Assembly (NCBI GenBank): GCA_038087875.1
Contig: JAXLNO010005073.1
Span: 310,001-374,000, forward strand
DNA from: Malacoraja senta
Taxonomy: Eukaryota
Length of the DNA: 64,000 nucleotides
Direction of reading: 5' to 3'
A program made the position numbers and the translations under genes. Position 1 is the stretch's first letter; every line of letters starts with the position of its first letter. Below, in pieces: positions 50,854 to 63,897 of this stretch. Under the pieces are notes generated by a model. It worked only from the letters and a program-made list of their open reading frames with translations, was not told the origin of the DNA and searched no databases.

Positions 50854-51935
50854 TCATCGAATAAGGAATACCTTCCTTATTTTAGCTACTTCCATTCTGA
50901 TATGGGCAGCCAAGTTGGTAATGTTGGAGGAAGCATCGGGAATAAAAGTGCAACATTCTCGACCTATTATTGTACATGTCCCTCCTTTTTCTGCTAGGAT
51001 AAAATCTAAGGCCATTCTGTTTTGTAATACTACGGTCCTCATAGCTACCATCTCAGCTGTCACCCCTTCTAGCTCCCCTTGGCTTGCACTCAAGGAGACG
51101 GCAGTGGCATTAGCAAGTGTCTCTAAAGCGGAGGCCATAGTAATTAGTTCTCGTGACACTACTATACTACCATAGGACGGGAAGAGGATCATAAAAAATT
51201 GCTCAGCCTTCGTTAGGCTTCGCTTTGAAATCCCCATGTGCTGGTGCAACTGGCTCATGCTTCTCATACGTGGGACCACATATGCAATATAACAACACCC
51301 TGTCCAGTGATGGGGTCCTTTTAGTCGTTCCCAAGTTGCCCCATCTGCCGGCGGCATTCCTGGTAACCATAATTAGGCCCAGGATCCACATACAAAATAT
51401 GTGCCATTAACTGGTCGTGGTGGGCCGATAATGGTGGCTGCCTGAGTTGACATACAAGTACTGTTTCCCAAGAATACACCTGTGCCTTGGTGGTGGCAAA
51501 AACAGGTAGTATTAACTGGCCTGTGCGAATCTCTTACTATCTGTAGTTGGGGTATATCTGCTGCATTTGTCACGTTCACTTTCCAATCTCGTTTAAAGGG
51601 AGGGGTGTACCATCCTTCAAAGTTATTGTATTTCGGCCCTCCATAGGTGATGTTTATTGTTTCTTTTTGGTATTTGTTATCCGTATCATTTTTAGACAGG
51701 ACGTTTTTTTATGCCTTTTACAGAAGCACCTCATCGCTAGTCTCTCGGTAAGGTTTAATGGAATGGGGACCAAGGGAATTCCTTCCTTACTGCTAGTCGG
51801 AACACCGGTGCATACCCAACATTCAGTCCCATTTGCCCGTACGGCAAACTCATGGCTCATAGCCAGATAGGTATTAGTCCATGTTACCCTGGCCATGGTT
51901 AGGACCGTCAGTAGAGTGAGCATCACTCGTGCCAT
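50854..51935 (-). pseudogene. env: ERV env remnant, frameshifted and C-terminally truncated
   Basis: Signal peptide, CWVC, SKR|S cleavage site, fusion peptide, ISD LQNRMALDFILAEKGGTC and CX6CC; no membrane anchor. Confidence 0.9.
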
Positions 51936-52900
51936 CCTTGTATCCAATCTTTTTGCAGTCGGAGAGATGTATCCAACGTGGATGGTTTTCAACCTTCACT
52001 GCTGTTGGTGTACTCAGCAGCACCTGGTATGGTCCGTTCCAACGGGGGTCGAGTTTCTTGCGGTCCCAATTTCTGATAAGTACGTAGTCCCCTGGTTGGA
52101 CTATTTCGCGCTGGTCAGCATCAGGTAGCGGCCTCTGGGACTCCTTTACCTGTAAATGCAATGCTGACAGAATATGGGTGAGTCATTGAACATAGGTAAT
52201 TATTTCATCATTTAATGCGTGTAAATCTAAGGTTCCTTCATGAGTAATGCTTGCTCCCCAGGGAGTTTGTAGAGGTTTACCGTAGATAATTTCTTCTGGG
52301 GATAACTTTGTAACACTGTGGGGATTTACCCTCATTTCAAATAATGCTAAGGGTAATACTTTAATCCATGTCTGTCCCATTTCTCCCATCAGCTTGGTAA
52401 TTTTGTTTTTCAATGCCCCATTGGCTCTTTCCACCATACCGGATGCCTGTGGGTGGTGTACACGGTGAAATTGCTGCCGGATCTTAAAATGTGCATATAG
52501 TTCCTTATTAATAGTGGCAATAAAATGAGGACCATTGTCCGAGCTTATGACAGTAGGTAGGCCAAACCTGGGAATAACTTCTCTTAACAACAATGTTACT
52601 GTAGTCTCAGCAGTATTATTAGTGGTTGGTAGAGCTTCAATCCACCTGCTAAATAAATCTAAAATTACTAAGCAATATTTATAACACTGGGCCCTTGGCA
52701 TTTCAATAAAATCAATCTGTGTGCATTCAAACGGTAGTGATGGCATTGGCATCACCCCTGAGGGTATCTTAATTGGTTTGCCTGGATTACTTTGTTGGCA
52801 AACTTTACATTCAGAGGCCTGCTTCAGTGGCTCTTGCCGAATTTTCGGGTGCCACCACGTTTCCTTATCATTCCCTCCTTACCAGCAGAAAGTGAATATA
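51874..52900 (-). pseudogene. pol: ERV integrase remnant
   Basis: QIDFIEM...DNGPHF...HPQASGMVERAN and GPY/F region WNGPYQVLL. Confidence 0.92.
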
Positions 52901-52997
52901 TGTTAGTCAGACGGGTAAAAATGCATCGTATACACCAACTAGTCCAAGCGGGGTGAGCCGAATCAATGGCACAGCTCTCTTGTTTCCATAGTTATTT

Positions 52998-53880
52998 TTA
53001 TATATGAGAGGCGTACCTCTGTAATGTACATACCTGCCTCATGTTTGGCAGGACCGTTCTATTTGCTAGTATCTGTTTACCTGCTGTCACTAAGCATTTG
53101 GATTTACAGGCTGCTTGTTTGGATACACTATCGGCAAACTCGTTGCCTTTCGTTATAGGGTCCCCAGCACCAGTGTGTGCAGCACATTTAATAATGGCCA
53201 GCTGTTCTGGTATCATCAATGCCTTAAGCAAATAACGCACAGAAAGCCATTCCCGTGCTCCCAATCCTGGGGAGCTTTGTAAGGTCAGAACTTCAAGGTA
53301 TAGGGATATTACTGACGGAGCTGTCACAGGTAAGGATGCCATCGCTACTGGTAGGATGAAGGGAGGTGGACATCTCCCAAGATTATCTAACTCCTCATCT
53401 TCACTAACAAACAGGGTCGTCGTGCCAGACATGAAGTCTCCTCCAGAGGATTTACCAGTACTGGGTTTATTTTTACTAACCATCACCTGTTTCTCACCTC
53501 CTGCCTGTCTCTTAATTCTTTTCTCTTGTTCCTCTGCCCACTGGCATTCTAGTTGCAATACTTCCCATCCTTTCCTAGTGCCATCCTTATTTCTTAACTC
53601 TATCCCTTTCTTACATGCAACTTCGATCTCTACTCTCCTCATGCTTCTTCTCTGCTTCCGCTTTCCATGCTTTAATTCCTTTCTTCCATTTCTTTCCTGC
53701 CTTCCTTTCCCATATCAACATCTCTGCTTTTTTAATTGTCTCTACATTCCATGTGCCCCCCTCCGGCCAGGCTTCATCTCCTAACCGTTTGGTCAACTTG
53801 TAACTGAACATTCTATATTTCTTATTATACTTAGGATTCAAATAACACCTATGTTGGACTGTTATCCAGAGCATTCCCCA
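52998..53880 (-). pseudogene. ERV gag N-terminus fused to RNase H C-terminus
   Basis: MA-like WPEGGTW; then IIKCAAH...GNEFAD of RNase H; CA, NC, PR and RT absent. Confidence 0.8.
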
Positions 53881-54288
53881 TAGATAGATAGAGAGAGAGA
53901 GATAAAGAGAAAGATAGAAAGAGAAAGAGACAAAGCAGACTTCTCAATTCTTAACCGTTCCAAATATATCAACCAGGCAGACCCGCTAATCGAGACCCCA
54001 GTTTCTCAACTTGGCAGACTCCTTATCCCTTAAAAATAAATGTCCCAGGTATCTCAACTAAGCAGACCCGCTAATCGAGACCCCAGTTTCTCAACCTGGC
54101 AGACTTCTTAACTCTTATTAAAAAAACAGCGCCACATATTTCTCAACACGACAACTGTTCGGGTGTCTCAACAAGCCAGGCGCACACCTCGTCCCCTGTA
54201 TCTCAACCCGTCAAACTACGGATGTCTCTACAAGGCCGACGAGCCCTTTGTAGAGAGAGAGAAAAAAAGAGAAAACAAGGAGAGAGAT

Positions 54289-54319
<31 letters not shown>

Positions 54320-54663
54320 GAAAAAAATAGAGATAGAAAAAGGGAGAGAAACTGCTCAATTCCTTCTTAAAGATATACACAACCCCTTCTTAAAAATACA
54401 TACACCAGCCCTTCTTAAAAATACATACACAATCCCTTCTTAAAAAATACATACACAAAGCCCAATTGGTCTTACTTTTGTCTGTTTCTAAGAACCTCGG
54501 CAGGGAACCAATTCAACGTCTGATGAAGGATCACAGATGTTCCCGGGAGTTTCTAGGGGAGTCGGTCATACAAGGGGGCCGATAGAGCTCATTTATCTCC
54601 CTTCCAATCCCGGCAACCTCTGCAACCTCTTGCATAGTCAGCTGTTGATGGGGTCCCAGCGAG

Positions 54664-54681
54664 GCCTGCATAACTACCCCA
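54664..54681 (-). other. Degenerate primer-binding site, tRNA-Ser-like
   Basis: TGGGGTAGTTATGCAGG directly after the 5' LTR resembles TGGCGTAGTCGGCAGG. Confidence 0.5.
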
Positions 54682-54682
54682 A

Positions 54683-55465
54683 TGAAACAAATTACTTATT
54701 ATACAAACTAAACAGGTTCGCTTCTTAATAAACAAACAACACACAAACGTTTGGTAGACCAGTTCAAAACTTTACTTATTAGCGGCCGATGGAAGGAAGC
54801 GAGAACTCTTGTCAAGTGAGCAATGCAGACACTTCACAGTCCTCATCCCCTTCTACGAACAACAGAATTACATCGTATTATATAGTGTTTCTTTGTCACC
54901 TTAGCACATTCCACAAACATTAGTCATGGTCAGAGATACAGAGATACAGAGAACAATACTTCAGGGTGAGCCCGAGTGGTCTCGTCACATCAAAGGCGTC
55001 TAGTCATATGGTACAAGGACATTTCATCTCAACGGCCTTGGACATTTGTTATTGCCCCTTAATGAATCTAGTTTCCTCTCTCATCACTTCCTCCCTCATA
55101 AACATCGGACATTTGATACAAGGCATGTTACATATCAAATACCTCAGCCATTTGTCAAAATCCCTTGGATCAAACTAGTTCCCTCTCTCGTCACCTCCTC
55201 CCTCATAAACATCGGACATTGGTACAAGGCATTTACATATCAAATAGATCAAACTAGCTTCTTCTCTGCTTCCTCTCTCGTCACTTGGGAGACAAATGTT
55301 ATAGTATTCATTATCTCAATACCCCGCAACCTGAGGCAACTTAACTTGCCTTTCTGTATTATTCTACTGGAGAAAAGCATAATTTGAGACTAAATATAAG
55401 CTGTAAGCTAGCCCAGGAACCAATTTAATATCGTCTTATATTTTTAACTTAATTCAGCCTTATCA
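54683..55465 (-). mobile_element. ERV 5' LTR
   Basis: Direct repeat of 49886-50668, followed by the PBS on minus. Confidence 0.92.
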
Positions 55466-56859
55466 CAGGTCTGGCGTAAAACTAAGGTAAATAATGTTAT
55501 AAACACACAGGGGAGCAGAATAAACCCGGTCTGGGGGTAAAACTGGGGTAAATAATGTTATAAACCCACAGGGGAGCAAAATAAACCCGGTCTGGGGTAA
55601 AACTGAGGTAAAGTAAATAAGTTTATTGGCCAAGTATTCACATACAAGGAATTTGCCTTGGTGCTCCGCCCACAGGTAACAACATGACATACAGTGACAG
55701 TAAATAATGTTATAATACAGTATAAAACAGTAAATAATGTTAGAAACACACAGGGGAGCGGAATAAACCCGGTCTGGGGTAAAACGGGTAAATAATGTTA
55801 TAAACACACAGGGGAACAAAATACACAAACAGCCTCACAGCCATCAGGATATTGAACTCAACTCAATCAAAACTCTGAACAATAATAGCCCATTATCTGT
55901 TTATTTGCACTTTATCTGTTTTATTTATACATGTGTGTATATATTTGTACAATGGATATGGACACACTGATCTGTTCTGTATTCATGCCGTCTATATTCT
56001 TTTGTGCTGAAGCAAAGCAAGAATTTCATTGTCCTATCTGGGACACACGACAATAAATTCTCTTGAATCTTGAATAAACCCGGTCTGGGGTAAAACTGAT
56101 GTAAATAATGTTCTAAACACACAGGGGAGCGGAATAAACCCGGTCATTCGATTCTTGGTCAGGATGTGGCATTTACATCAGAAATAAGACAGGTCTCTTA
56201 CAGGTCTGTCACCCCGCCTGGTACTGCCCCAGTCCCACTATGGCCGTTACCCCCACTCTCCCCACTATGGCAGTCAGTGGGGTTCAGTAAACGGTGGAAC
56301 CCAGAGGATCTGTCCTGACCCTTTAATTAGGCAGGTTCGTGAGCCCTTAAAACCTGGGACCTCTGCTGCAGTCTCATTAAATTTCCTATTAAAGCGACTG
56401 GAAGATGCCTTGCAGGGCTGTCCCCCAGCCTGGAACTGCCCCAGTCCCACTATGACCGTGACCCCCACTCTGCACACTGGCAGTCAGTGGGGTTCAGTAA
56501 AGGGAGGAACCCACAAGAACTGCCCTCACCCATTAATTAGGCTGGTTCAGGAGCGGGACCTCTGCGACAGTGTCATTAAAAAAACACACAATTATATTCA
56601 TCATATTATTTTTTATATGATATAATTATACTTAATTATATATGATTACAGTCATATTTACAAGTCATATTTATATGGCTTACTTCCCTGATTTCATTTT
56701 CTAATTAGTTTAATTAATTAATGTGCAACCTTTGGCACTGATGAGTTATGACATCCTTCTCAATTATATTTCATCTAAATCTGTGGAAAATTTCATGTAG
56801 CTCCGTGACGTGGGTCACGAAAATGGATTTCTAGACACATTTTTGATGCTCGGTCCACA

Positions 56860-57520
56860 GCCTATGGGTGGAATTCTCAGTGATAAAGTATGCGATGAAT
56901 TACTTTGTGATACTGAACTGACACTTGCCCGAGCTGAACATGCTTGTCGTATTAATGAGATCATGACCTCTCACACCAGGTCATTGGGACCCGGACCGCA
57001 CTCCTCATACCATGTCGATGCTATCGACACTTCCTACCGTAACCAGCGCTCACAACCCCACACATCATCTTGACAATCTCAAAGATTATTGGAAAGTGTT
57101 CTAACTGTGGCGGCTCGCACCCTGCAGATCGCAAACTTTGCTTTGCTCTCGGAAAAACATGCCATTTTTGCAAAAGAAGAAATAATTTCTCAAAATGTTG
57201 CAGTACTCGTGGAATCCGATCACTCCCAAGGCAGTCCGTACACTGGTTAAAACATGAAGCTGCTGATAGCAATAACAAAGATTTAGCAGCGCTACCTCCA
57301 GCTCTACTCCCTGAGCATAAAGATAGCAGCCATAACATAAACTCCCTGGTTGCTTCCACCAACAAGCAACTCAACCCTGAAGTTTCACTTCATGTCAACA
57401 ACACCATTACTGTTGCAAAGATCGACACTGGAGCCAATTGCAACGTCATGTCATCCGAATTTAAACAGATCAGAAATGCCGAATGTATTGTAAACACTTC
57501 GACTACTTTGTTATCCTACA
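56860..57520 (+). mobile_element. Ty3/Gypsy gag-protease fragment
   Basis: LLCDTELTLARA; zinc knuckles CSNCGGSH and CHFCKRRNN; protease KIDTGANCNVM; internal stop. Confidence 0.75.
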
Positions 57521-57835
57521 ATAGACAATAGGTGCAGGAGTAGGCCATTCGGCCCTTCGATCCAGCACCGCCATTCAATGTGATCATGGCTGATCATTCC
57601 CAATCAGTACCCCGTTCCTGCCTTCTCCCCATATCCCCTGACTCCGCTATCTATAAGAGTCCTATCTAGCTCTCTCTTGAAAGCATCGAGAGAACCTGCC
57701 TCCACCGCCCTCTGAGGCAGAGAATTCCACAGACTCACAACTCTCTGAGAAAAAGTGTTTCATCGTCTCCATTCTAAATGGCTTATCCCTTATTCTTAAA
57801 CAGTGGCCCCTGGTTCTGGACTCCCCCAACATCGT

Positions 57836-58319
57836 TGTAGCGGCAGATTTTTCTTATCTTTTGAGAAACGAGTTCTCTAGCCGCTATTTAGATGAGAATG
57901 GATAAGGGGAATATCTTCGATACGCATGCAAGTTTCCACAGAGACCTTCAGAGCTTCTTCATTCATAAAACTTCAACACACAGTCTTTTGTTGAATAAAT
58001 GCTTTATTGTTGATTGTAAACAGCAAGATACATCCAAGTTTCTTCCGACTCGTTACTGCAATCTTCCTTTAATTCCAACTTGCAACTTTAAACATTACAA
58101 AACTCCTCGTGTCTCCGTAACATTGACATGGTCGAAGGATTGACCTTCTCCATCGTCTCTCCAAACTAATCTAAAAACTAGACTTCTGCGCAAGCATCTA
58201 AGCTCCAAACACGCCTAAAAACACATCATAAATCCCACCCACAATACAACGGGCAGTCTAAAATTTAAAGGCACATGCCATCATCAGTGACATGCAAAAC
58301 AGGCCAAATGGCCACTACA
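57836..58319 (-). mobile_element. 484-bp LTR, copy 1
   Basis: TGTAG...CTACA termini; direct repeat of 60967-61450. Confidence 0.88.
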
Positions 58320-58435
58320 TACCGGCTCCTAATTGTTCCGAGTATCTAACGAGGCAATTACTAATAAACATTAAAAAAAATGGCCATAAAGGCTATACAT
58401 ATATCAAAAGCAAACGGTCAGGGAATTAAACCCTG

Positions 58436-58510
58436 TGGCTCCTCGTCGGGAAATTGAACCCCGGGCTAACGCGTGGCAGGCAGGGATACTAAACACAATA
58501 CTAACGAGGA
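58436..58510 (-). tRNA. tRNA-Asp-derived pseudogene ending in CCA
   Basis: TCCTCGTTAGTATTGTGTTTAGTATCCCTGCCTGCCACGCG...CCCGACGAGGAG-CCA closely resembles eukaryotic tRNA-Asp(GTC); anticodon position reads GCC; several substitutions. Confidence 0.85.
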
Positions 58511-58538
58511 AAAAATAGCATGCACTATATATCCGCAA

Positions 58539-60737
58539 TCATGGCTCTTCATCGACTCTTCCATCTTCACCTTCGCCTTCTAGAAGCAAACACAACTTGG
58601 TTATTGGTCTTATTAAAACATAGTTTTTTGTTTTAAGACGTACCATACGCACCAAACCCCGAACGTCAGGCATGATTTCTAGTATTCTTCCCATCAACCA
58701 AGAACCTCGTGATGCTGCAGAGTCAGCCTTGATAATCCAATAGTTTTTACCAAGTTGGGATAACATATAATTTCTTCCTCCATGTCCAACTTGTTCATGA
58801 ATATGTCCTAATAATAATGTTATGTGAAAGTCCTTTGAGAGAATGATAGGACGTTTAGTTTTAACGGGCATTGCCAATTTGTTTAGGAGACCACCCATCC
58901 GCAGAAGACCTTCCTCCCAGACTGGGTCGAGCTTGTACAATTGACTGTTTCTTTTTACCCCCTGTCCTCCAGCTTCCAATGTTAATATTCCTTCTTTGTA
59001 TTTCTGTCTTTGACAGAAAGAGATGATCGCATTTTCCGCCTTGAGGACAGCATCAAGACGTAAATCCTGTACGACATATGAAGCTTCAAAAACTTGCATC
59101 TGGCCTTCAATCTCTCCTTTCCGTTCATCAGGATTCTCTCCCAGGGTACTCTCTGTAATTTGTCTCATTTCCCGAGCCGCCAGCAATATTAAGAAACCAG
59201 GCTACCGAAGTTATCAATTTATTCCATGGTGAAAAGTGGGTAATTAAATTGTTCATGTTGTCATATGAGTCTTTAGCAATCACATTCACCGAAATGTTTT
59301 GCTTAATTTCCGGATCATTTACAGAGATTTCAAATCCGAGTTCAAGCTTTGGCCATTCTTTGCTTGGTTCACAAAGAAACTTGGGCCCATTGATCCATCT
59401 CCTGTTATTTAGAAAGCAATTTGCTGTTAGTCCTCTAGAGGCTTCATCCGCAGGATTTTCTTTGGTGCTAACATATCTCCATTGAGAAACATTAGTAGCT
59501 CCCAATACAAAGGAGACTCTATTTGCTACAAATGTCATAAAGCGTTTGTTTTCATTATTGAAGTATTTAGAACCGTAGTGCTATCGGTCCAGAAGATAGA
59601 TTCTTCCAGTTGAAATTGTAGTTCCTTTTGCAGCATTATGTCAATTTTAACAGCTAAGACTGCTGCTGTTAGTTCCATTCTGGGAATCGTCATTTGTTTC
59701 AGTGGTGCCACTCTGGCTTTTTCCATTAAGAATGCAACATGCACTCTTTTGTTAACATTTTGCAGTCTTAAATATGAAACAGTCCCGTAACCACTTTCAC
59801 TGGCATCCGAAAAATGATGCAATTGTGCACTACTGATCTTACCAAAGTTTTTAGGCTTTATGCACCGATCCACCTTCAACTTTGAAATTTTATGGAGGTC
59901 CGTTAACCATTCTGGCCAACGGTGCGAGGATGTTTGAGTTATACTCTCATCCCATCCAAGTTTTTCCTTACAAAGATTTTGTAAAATTAACTTGGCTGGC
60001 AGTGTAAATGGAGCAAGAAATCCCAAAGGGTCGTATACTGAGCCAATCACAGAAAATATACCCCTTCTTGTACATGGTCGCTCCTGAATCGACAATTTAA
60101 ACTTAAACACATCTGTTTCCACGCACCAGTGCAGTCCCAGTGCCCTTTCCATTGGCAAATTGTCTTTAACTAAATCCATCTCCTTGGTTTCTTCAGCTCT
60201 GTCATCTGGTGGAATGCTTTCCAATACAACACGATTGTTGCTGATCCACTTGGAAAGTACAAATCCTCCCTTATTGCAGAGAGAGGTCAGGTGTTTTACC
60301 ATTTGAATTGCCTTCTGCCCAGTAGATATGGATTTTAGGCAATCGTCCACGTAGAAATTATTTTTCAAAGTGGAAATAACCTCCTCTGGGAAATAATCTT
60401 TATTATCCTCTGCGGTCTTCCTTAAAGCGAAGTTCGCACAACTTGGAGATGACACTGCTCCAAAGAGATGTACTTTCATCCGGTAATCAACAAGATCTTG
60501 CTGCACATCCACTTCAGGCCACAATAAGAATCGCAGGTAATCAATATGTTCACCAGCTACTTTCATTTGATGAAACATCGATCTGATGTCAGCCATTAAA
60601 GCAATCGGTTCTTGCCTAAGTTTGATGAGAACTCCAATGAGTGAGTTGGTAAGGTCTAGACCTTGCAGTAGTTCACTGTTAAGCGATGTACCTTTAAAGA
60701 CCGCAGCACAATCAAAGACCACCCTCAATGTCCCTTT
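58539..60737 (-). mobile_element. BEL/Pao pol fragment (RT, RNase H, partial IN)
   Basis: [55 protein letters not shown]; frameshifts and IN core deletion. Confidence 0.92.
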
Positions 60738-60950
60738 CTAGTATTTAACCCCCCAGCCGGAGGTTCCCTTCGATTTAATCTTCTGTCCCAATCTCTGGGA
60801 CTAGTATTTAACCCCTTGCCGGAGGTTCCCTTCGATTTAATCTTCTGTCCCACTCTCTGGGACTAGTATTTAACCCCCCTGCCGGAGGTTCCCTTCGATT
60901 TAATCTTCTGTCCCACTCTCTGGGACTAGTATTTAACCCCCCTGCCGGAG
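60738..60950. repeat. About 62-63 bp tandem repeat, about 3.5 copies
   Basis: ctagtatttaacccccc.gccggaggttcccttcgatttaatcttctgtccc units abut the truncated BEL ORF. Confidence 0.9.
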
Positions 60951-60966
60951 GTACCCTTACACTTAT

Positions 60967-61450
60967 TGTAACGGCAGATTTTTCTTATCTTTTGAGAAAC
61001 AAATTCTCTAGCCGCTATTTGAATGAGAATGGATAAGGGGAATATATTCGATACGCATGCAAGCTTCCTCAGAGACCTTCAGAGCCTCTTCACTCATAAA
61101 GCTTCAACACACAGTCTTTTGTTGAATAAATGCTTTATTGTTGATGGTAAACAGCAAGATACATCCAAGTTTCTTCCGACTCGTTACTGCAATCTTCCTT
61201 CAATTCCAACTTGCAACTTTAAACATTACAAAACTCCTCGTGTCTCCGTAACATTGACATGGTCGAAGGTTTGACCTTCTACGTCGTCTCTCCAAACTAA
61301 TCTAAAAACTAGACTTCTGCGCAAGCAACTAAGCTCCAAACACGCCCCAAAACACGTCATAAATCCCACCCACAATACAACGGGCAGTCTAAAATTTAAA
61401 GGCACATGCCATCATCAGTGACATGTAAAACAGGCCAAATGGCCACTACA
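60967..61450 (-). mobile_element. 484-bp LTR, copy 2
   Basis: TGTAA...CTACA; direct repeat of 57836-58319. Confidence 0.88.
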
Positions 61451-63897
61451 CCTGCCTTCTGCTGAATTTCTTCAAGGTTGCCTTAAAGTTGAGATTCACT
61501 TTCTGTGTTTCTTTTTGATGGTGGAGCTGTCTGTCTTTGATTGCCCAAACCTGTTTAGAGAGAGGGCACAATTTAAATTGTTTTCACCTTTTATAAAGTC
61601 ATAGAGTCATAGAGTCATACAGCACAGAACCATGTCCTTTGGCTCAACTAGTCTATACCATCCAAGTTGCCCCATCCAAGCTAGACCCATGTGCCTGCAA
61701 TTGACCCATTTTAGCGGATGCAGAAACGACGACTATGTTTTCTGAACGGTTTTTATTGAACACTCGCTCCTTAGCAAACAGGTCTCTGCATACACGTCTG
61801 ATCACAACGGTGGTCAGCAAAACAACTGTGGCGCTAAAACGAAACCGCACGAAAACAGCAGCCCCTCCCGAGTCACGTGACCGTGGCTTCCCAACGCCGG
61901 GTTCGATATCTGCGTGCGCCAGCAGTTTCCGCTACACCATGTCCTTAACGTTTCTTCTCCAAAGCTTCAAATGTATTTTATTGTCATGTGCACCAATTAA
62001 GGTACAATTAAACTCAATTTATCATAGTCATACTAGAAAAAGCAACAAGACACATAACTACAGAAAAGTTAATATAAACATCCACCACAGTGGATTCCCC
62101 ACATTCCTCACTGTGACGGAAGGCAATAAAGTCTAATCTCCTTCACTCTTTATTCGCCCGCGATCGGGGCAGTCGAACCATTCGCAGTCGGGGTGATAGA
62201 AGCTCCCACAGCTGACGATTGAAGCCCCCAGGTCAGGGCGGTCGAAGCTCCTGCGGCTTGGAGCTCCCGTAGTCGATCCCTAACCAACGTGAAAAAGCTG
62301 CCACTCAGGTTCCTCTCAACTTAAACATTTGTCTTCTAGTTTTTGATTACTCTATACTGGGTCAAAGACTCTGCACACTCACTCTATCTATTCCCCTCAT
62401 GATTTTACATACAATTTAATTTCACACATTGAACAAAACACAATAGAGATTCCATTAACTCCGTTTTCCACAAATATGATAAACACAATATGTAATTAAT
62501 TTTTCCCAACATTACCAGATTCAGAATTGGTGATGTGTTTCTCTCCAACTTACTTTCAAATGTGTTGTGCTGACTCCTGTTAATGGGTACATTATTTAGT
62601 TTGCTTATTTTGATGTACTTTTGGATTGTCATAGGTTAATTGGATATTAATCCAAGACTCTTTGAGATTAATAGTCCAGAAGCACAGGTTTAAATCCTAT
62701 TTGATAATCCGAGAATTTGGATTCAGTTCAGGAAAAATATTGTGAATAAAATGGTGGTGCAATGATGGGAATGAGTGACAGAAGTCAAATTACATGGATA
62801 GATCATGTGTTACATGGACAGGATGCCCAAGAAGATGGTGATGGAGAATATGAGGCACAGGATGAGCATGGATTTGAGTTACGGTATGGATTCCACGATA
62901 GAGCCATTGCTGGACAGAACATGGGTGGGAAGGTCACAGGAGACCATGAATGAGGTAAGGCCAACATGTGGAGGTATCTAGCAGAGTTGAAAATATCTGG
63001 AGCATGGTCAAATGCATCTTTGCACTGCAGAGTTTTCACAAGTCAAGATGACATGTAAAGGAGCAACTGAATTTATAAATGTACATACAGTTAATATATT
63101 CAATGTGTAATTTTATTTTTCTAATGATCAGTTAATGGAATGGTTTATTTTTTAATGGAAAATAATGTTGATTTATATAAATATAGGGGAAGCTTTAAGA
63201 ACTGACTATTCCATGTGTCAGTGACCTTGATGAACTGTTGTACTAGCCCGATACCCGTCTGATCAGTTTGTTCAACAACACAGAATAAACCCTCAGGCAC
63301 AACCCCAAATTTGAACACACAGTTGAGCCTAACACTCTGTTGCCATATGGGATTGCTGCAGCATTGGCCTCACCAGATTAAAGATTATTTGTTAAACTGA
63401 GGCCCCTTCTGGCCTCTTGGGACACAATAGATTTTGGAACGTGAATCACCAAAGTGCAGTGGAGATGCCTTGGTCTCCTGGTTTCCTGGCCAATATTTAT
63501 CCCCCAGTAAATAGGAACATATTGAGGGCAAATTGGAGACCATATTTTCTACATGACTACACTAGCTATACTTCAACTTCTGGCATGTTTATTTGATAAT
63601 GGTTTACACAGGGGATGGTGACACAATCACCACGTGGTCAGATCATTGCAGAACAGCACCTGAAATCATACAGCAGACTCCTCATGGCAACGCAGGTAGA
63701 CAGGACAATCCACATTGCATAAATAATGCTTTAATTGACCACAAAAAGTCTGAAATCAATTACTCAACAACATAAGCACAAACAGATACTTTTCTTATCC
63801 AAAACATATTGTTCTTTTCTCTTTGTATCAGAGATAACATTGTCATTGATAATTTGGGGAATCTGTGCTGCATTAAGGATGTCTTCATGTACTTTAC

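Larger units (their letters stand above)
49886..55465 (-). mobile_element. Class I (gamma/epsilon-like) endogenous retrovirus with internal deletions
   Basis: Two 783-bp LTRs with TG...CA ends, 4-bp TSD CCGG/CAGG, and gag, RNase H, IN and env remnants. Confidence 0.93.
45286..56145 (+). repeat. Right arm of an inverted segmental duplication (partner about 7430-15145)
   Basis: Shared blocks in mirror order: post-TM segment, CR1, G/C-rich repeat, YY1/exon 1, minisatellite. Confidence 0.85.

Noticed and set aside
56210-56590. Approx. 210-bp diverged tandem duplicate
   Set aside because: No coding, RNA or terminal features found
58436-58510. Functional tRNA-Gly(GCC) gene
   Set aside because: Body matches tRNA-Asp with substitutions in the D arm, anticodon region and T loop; best read as a pseudogene
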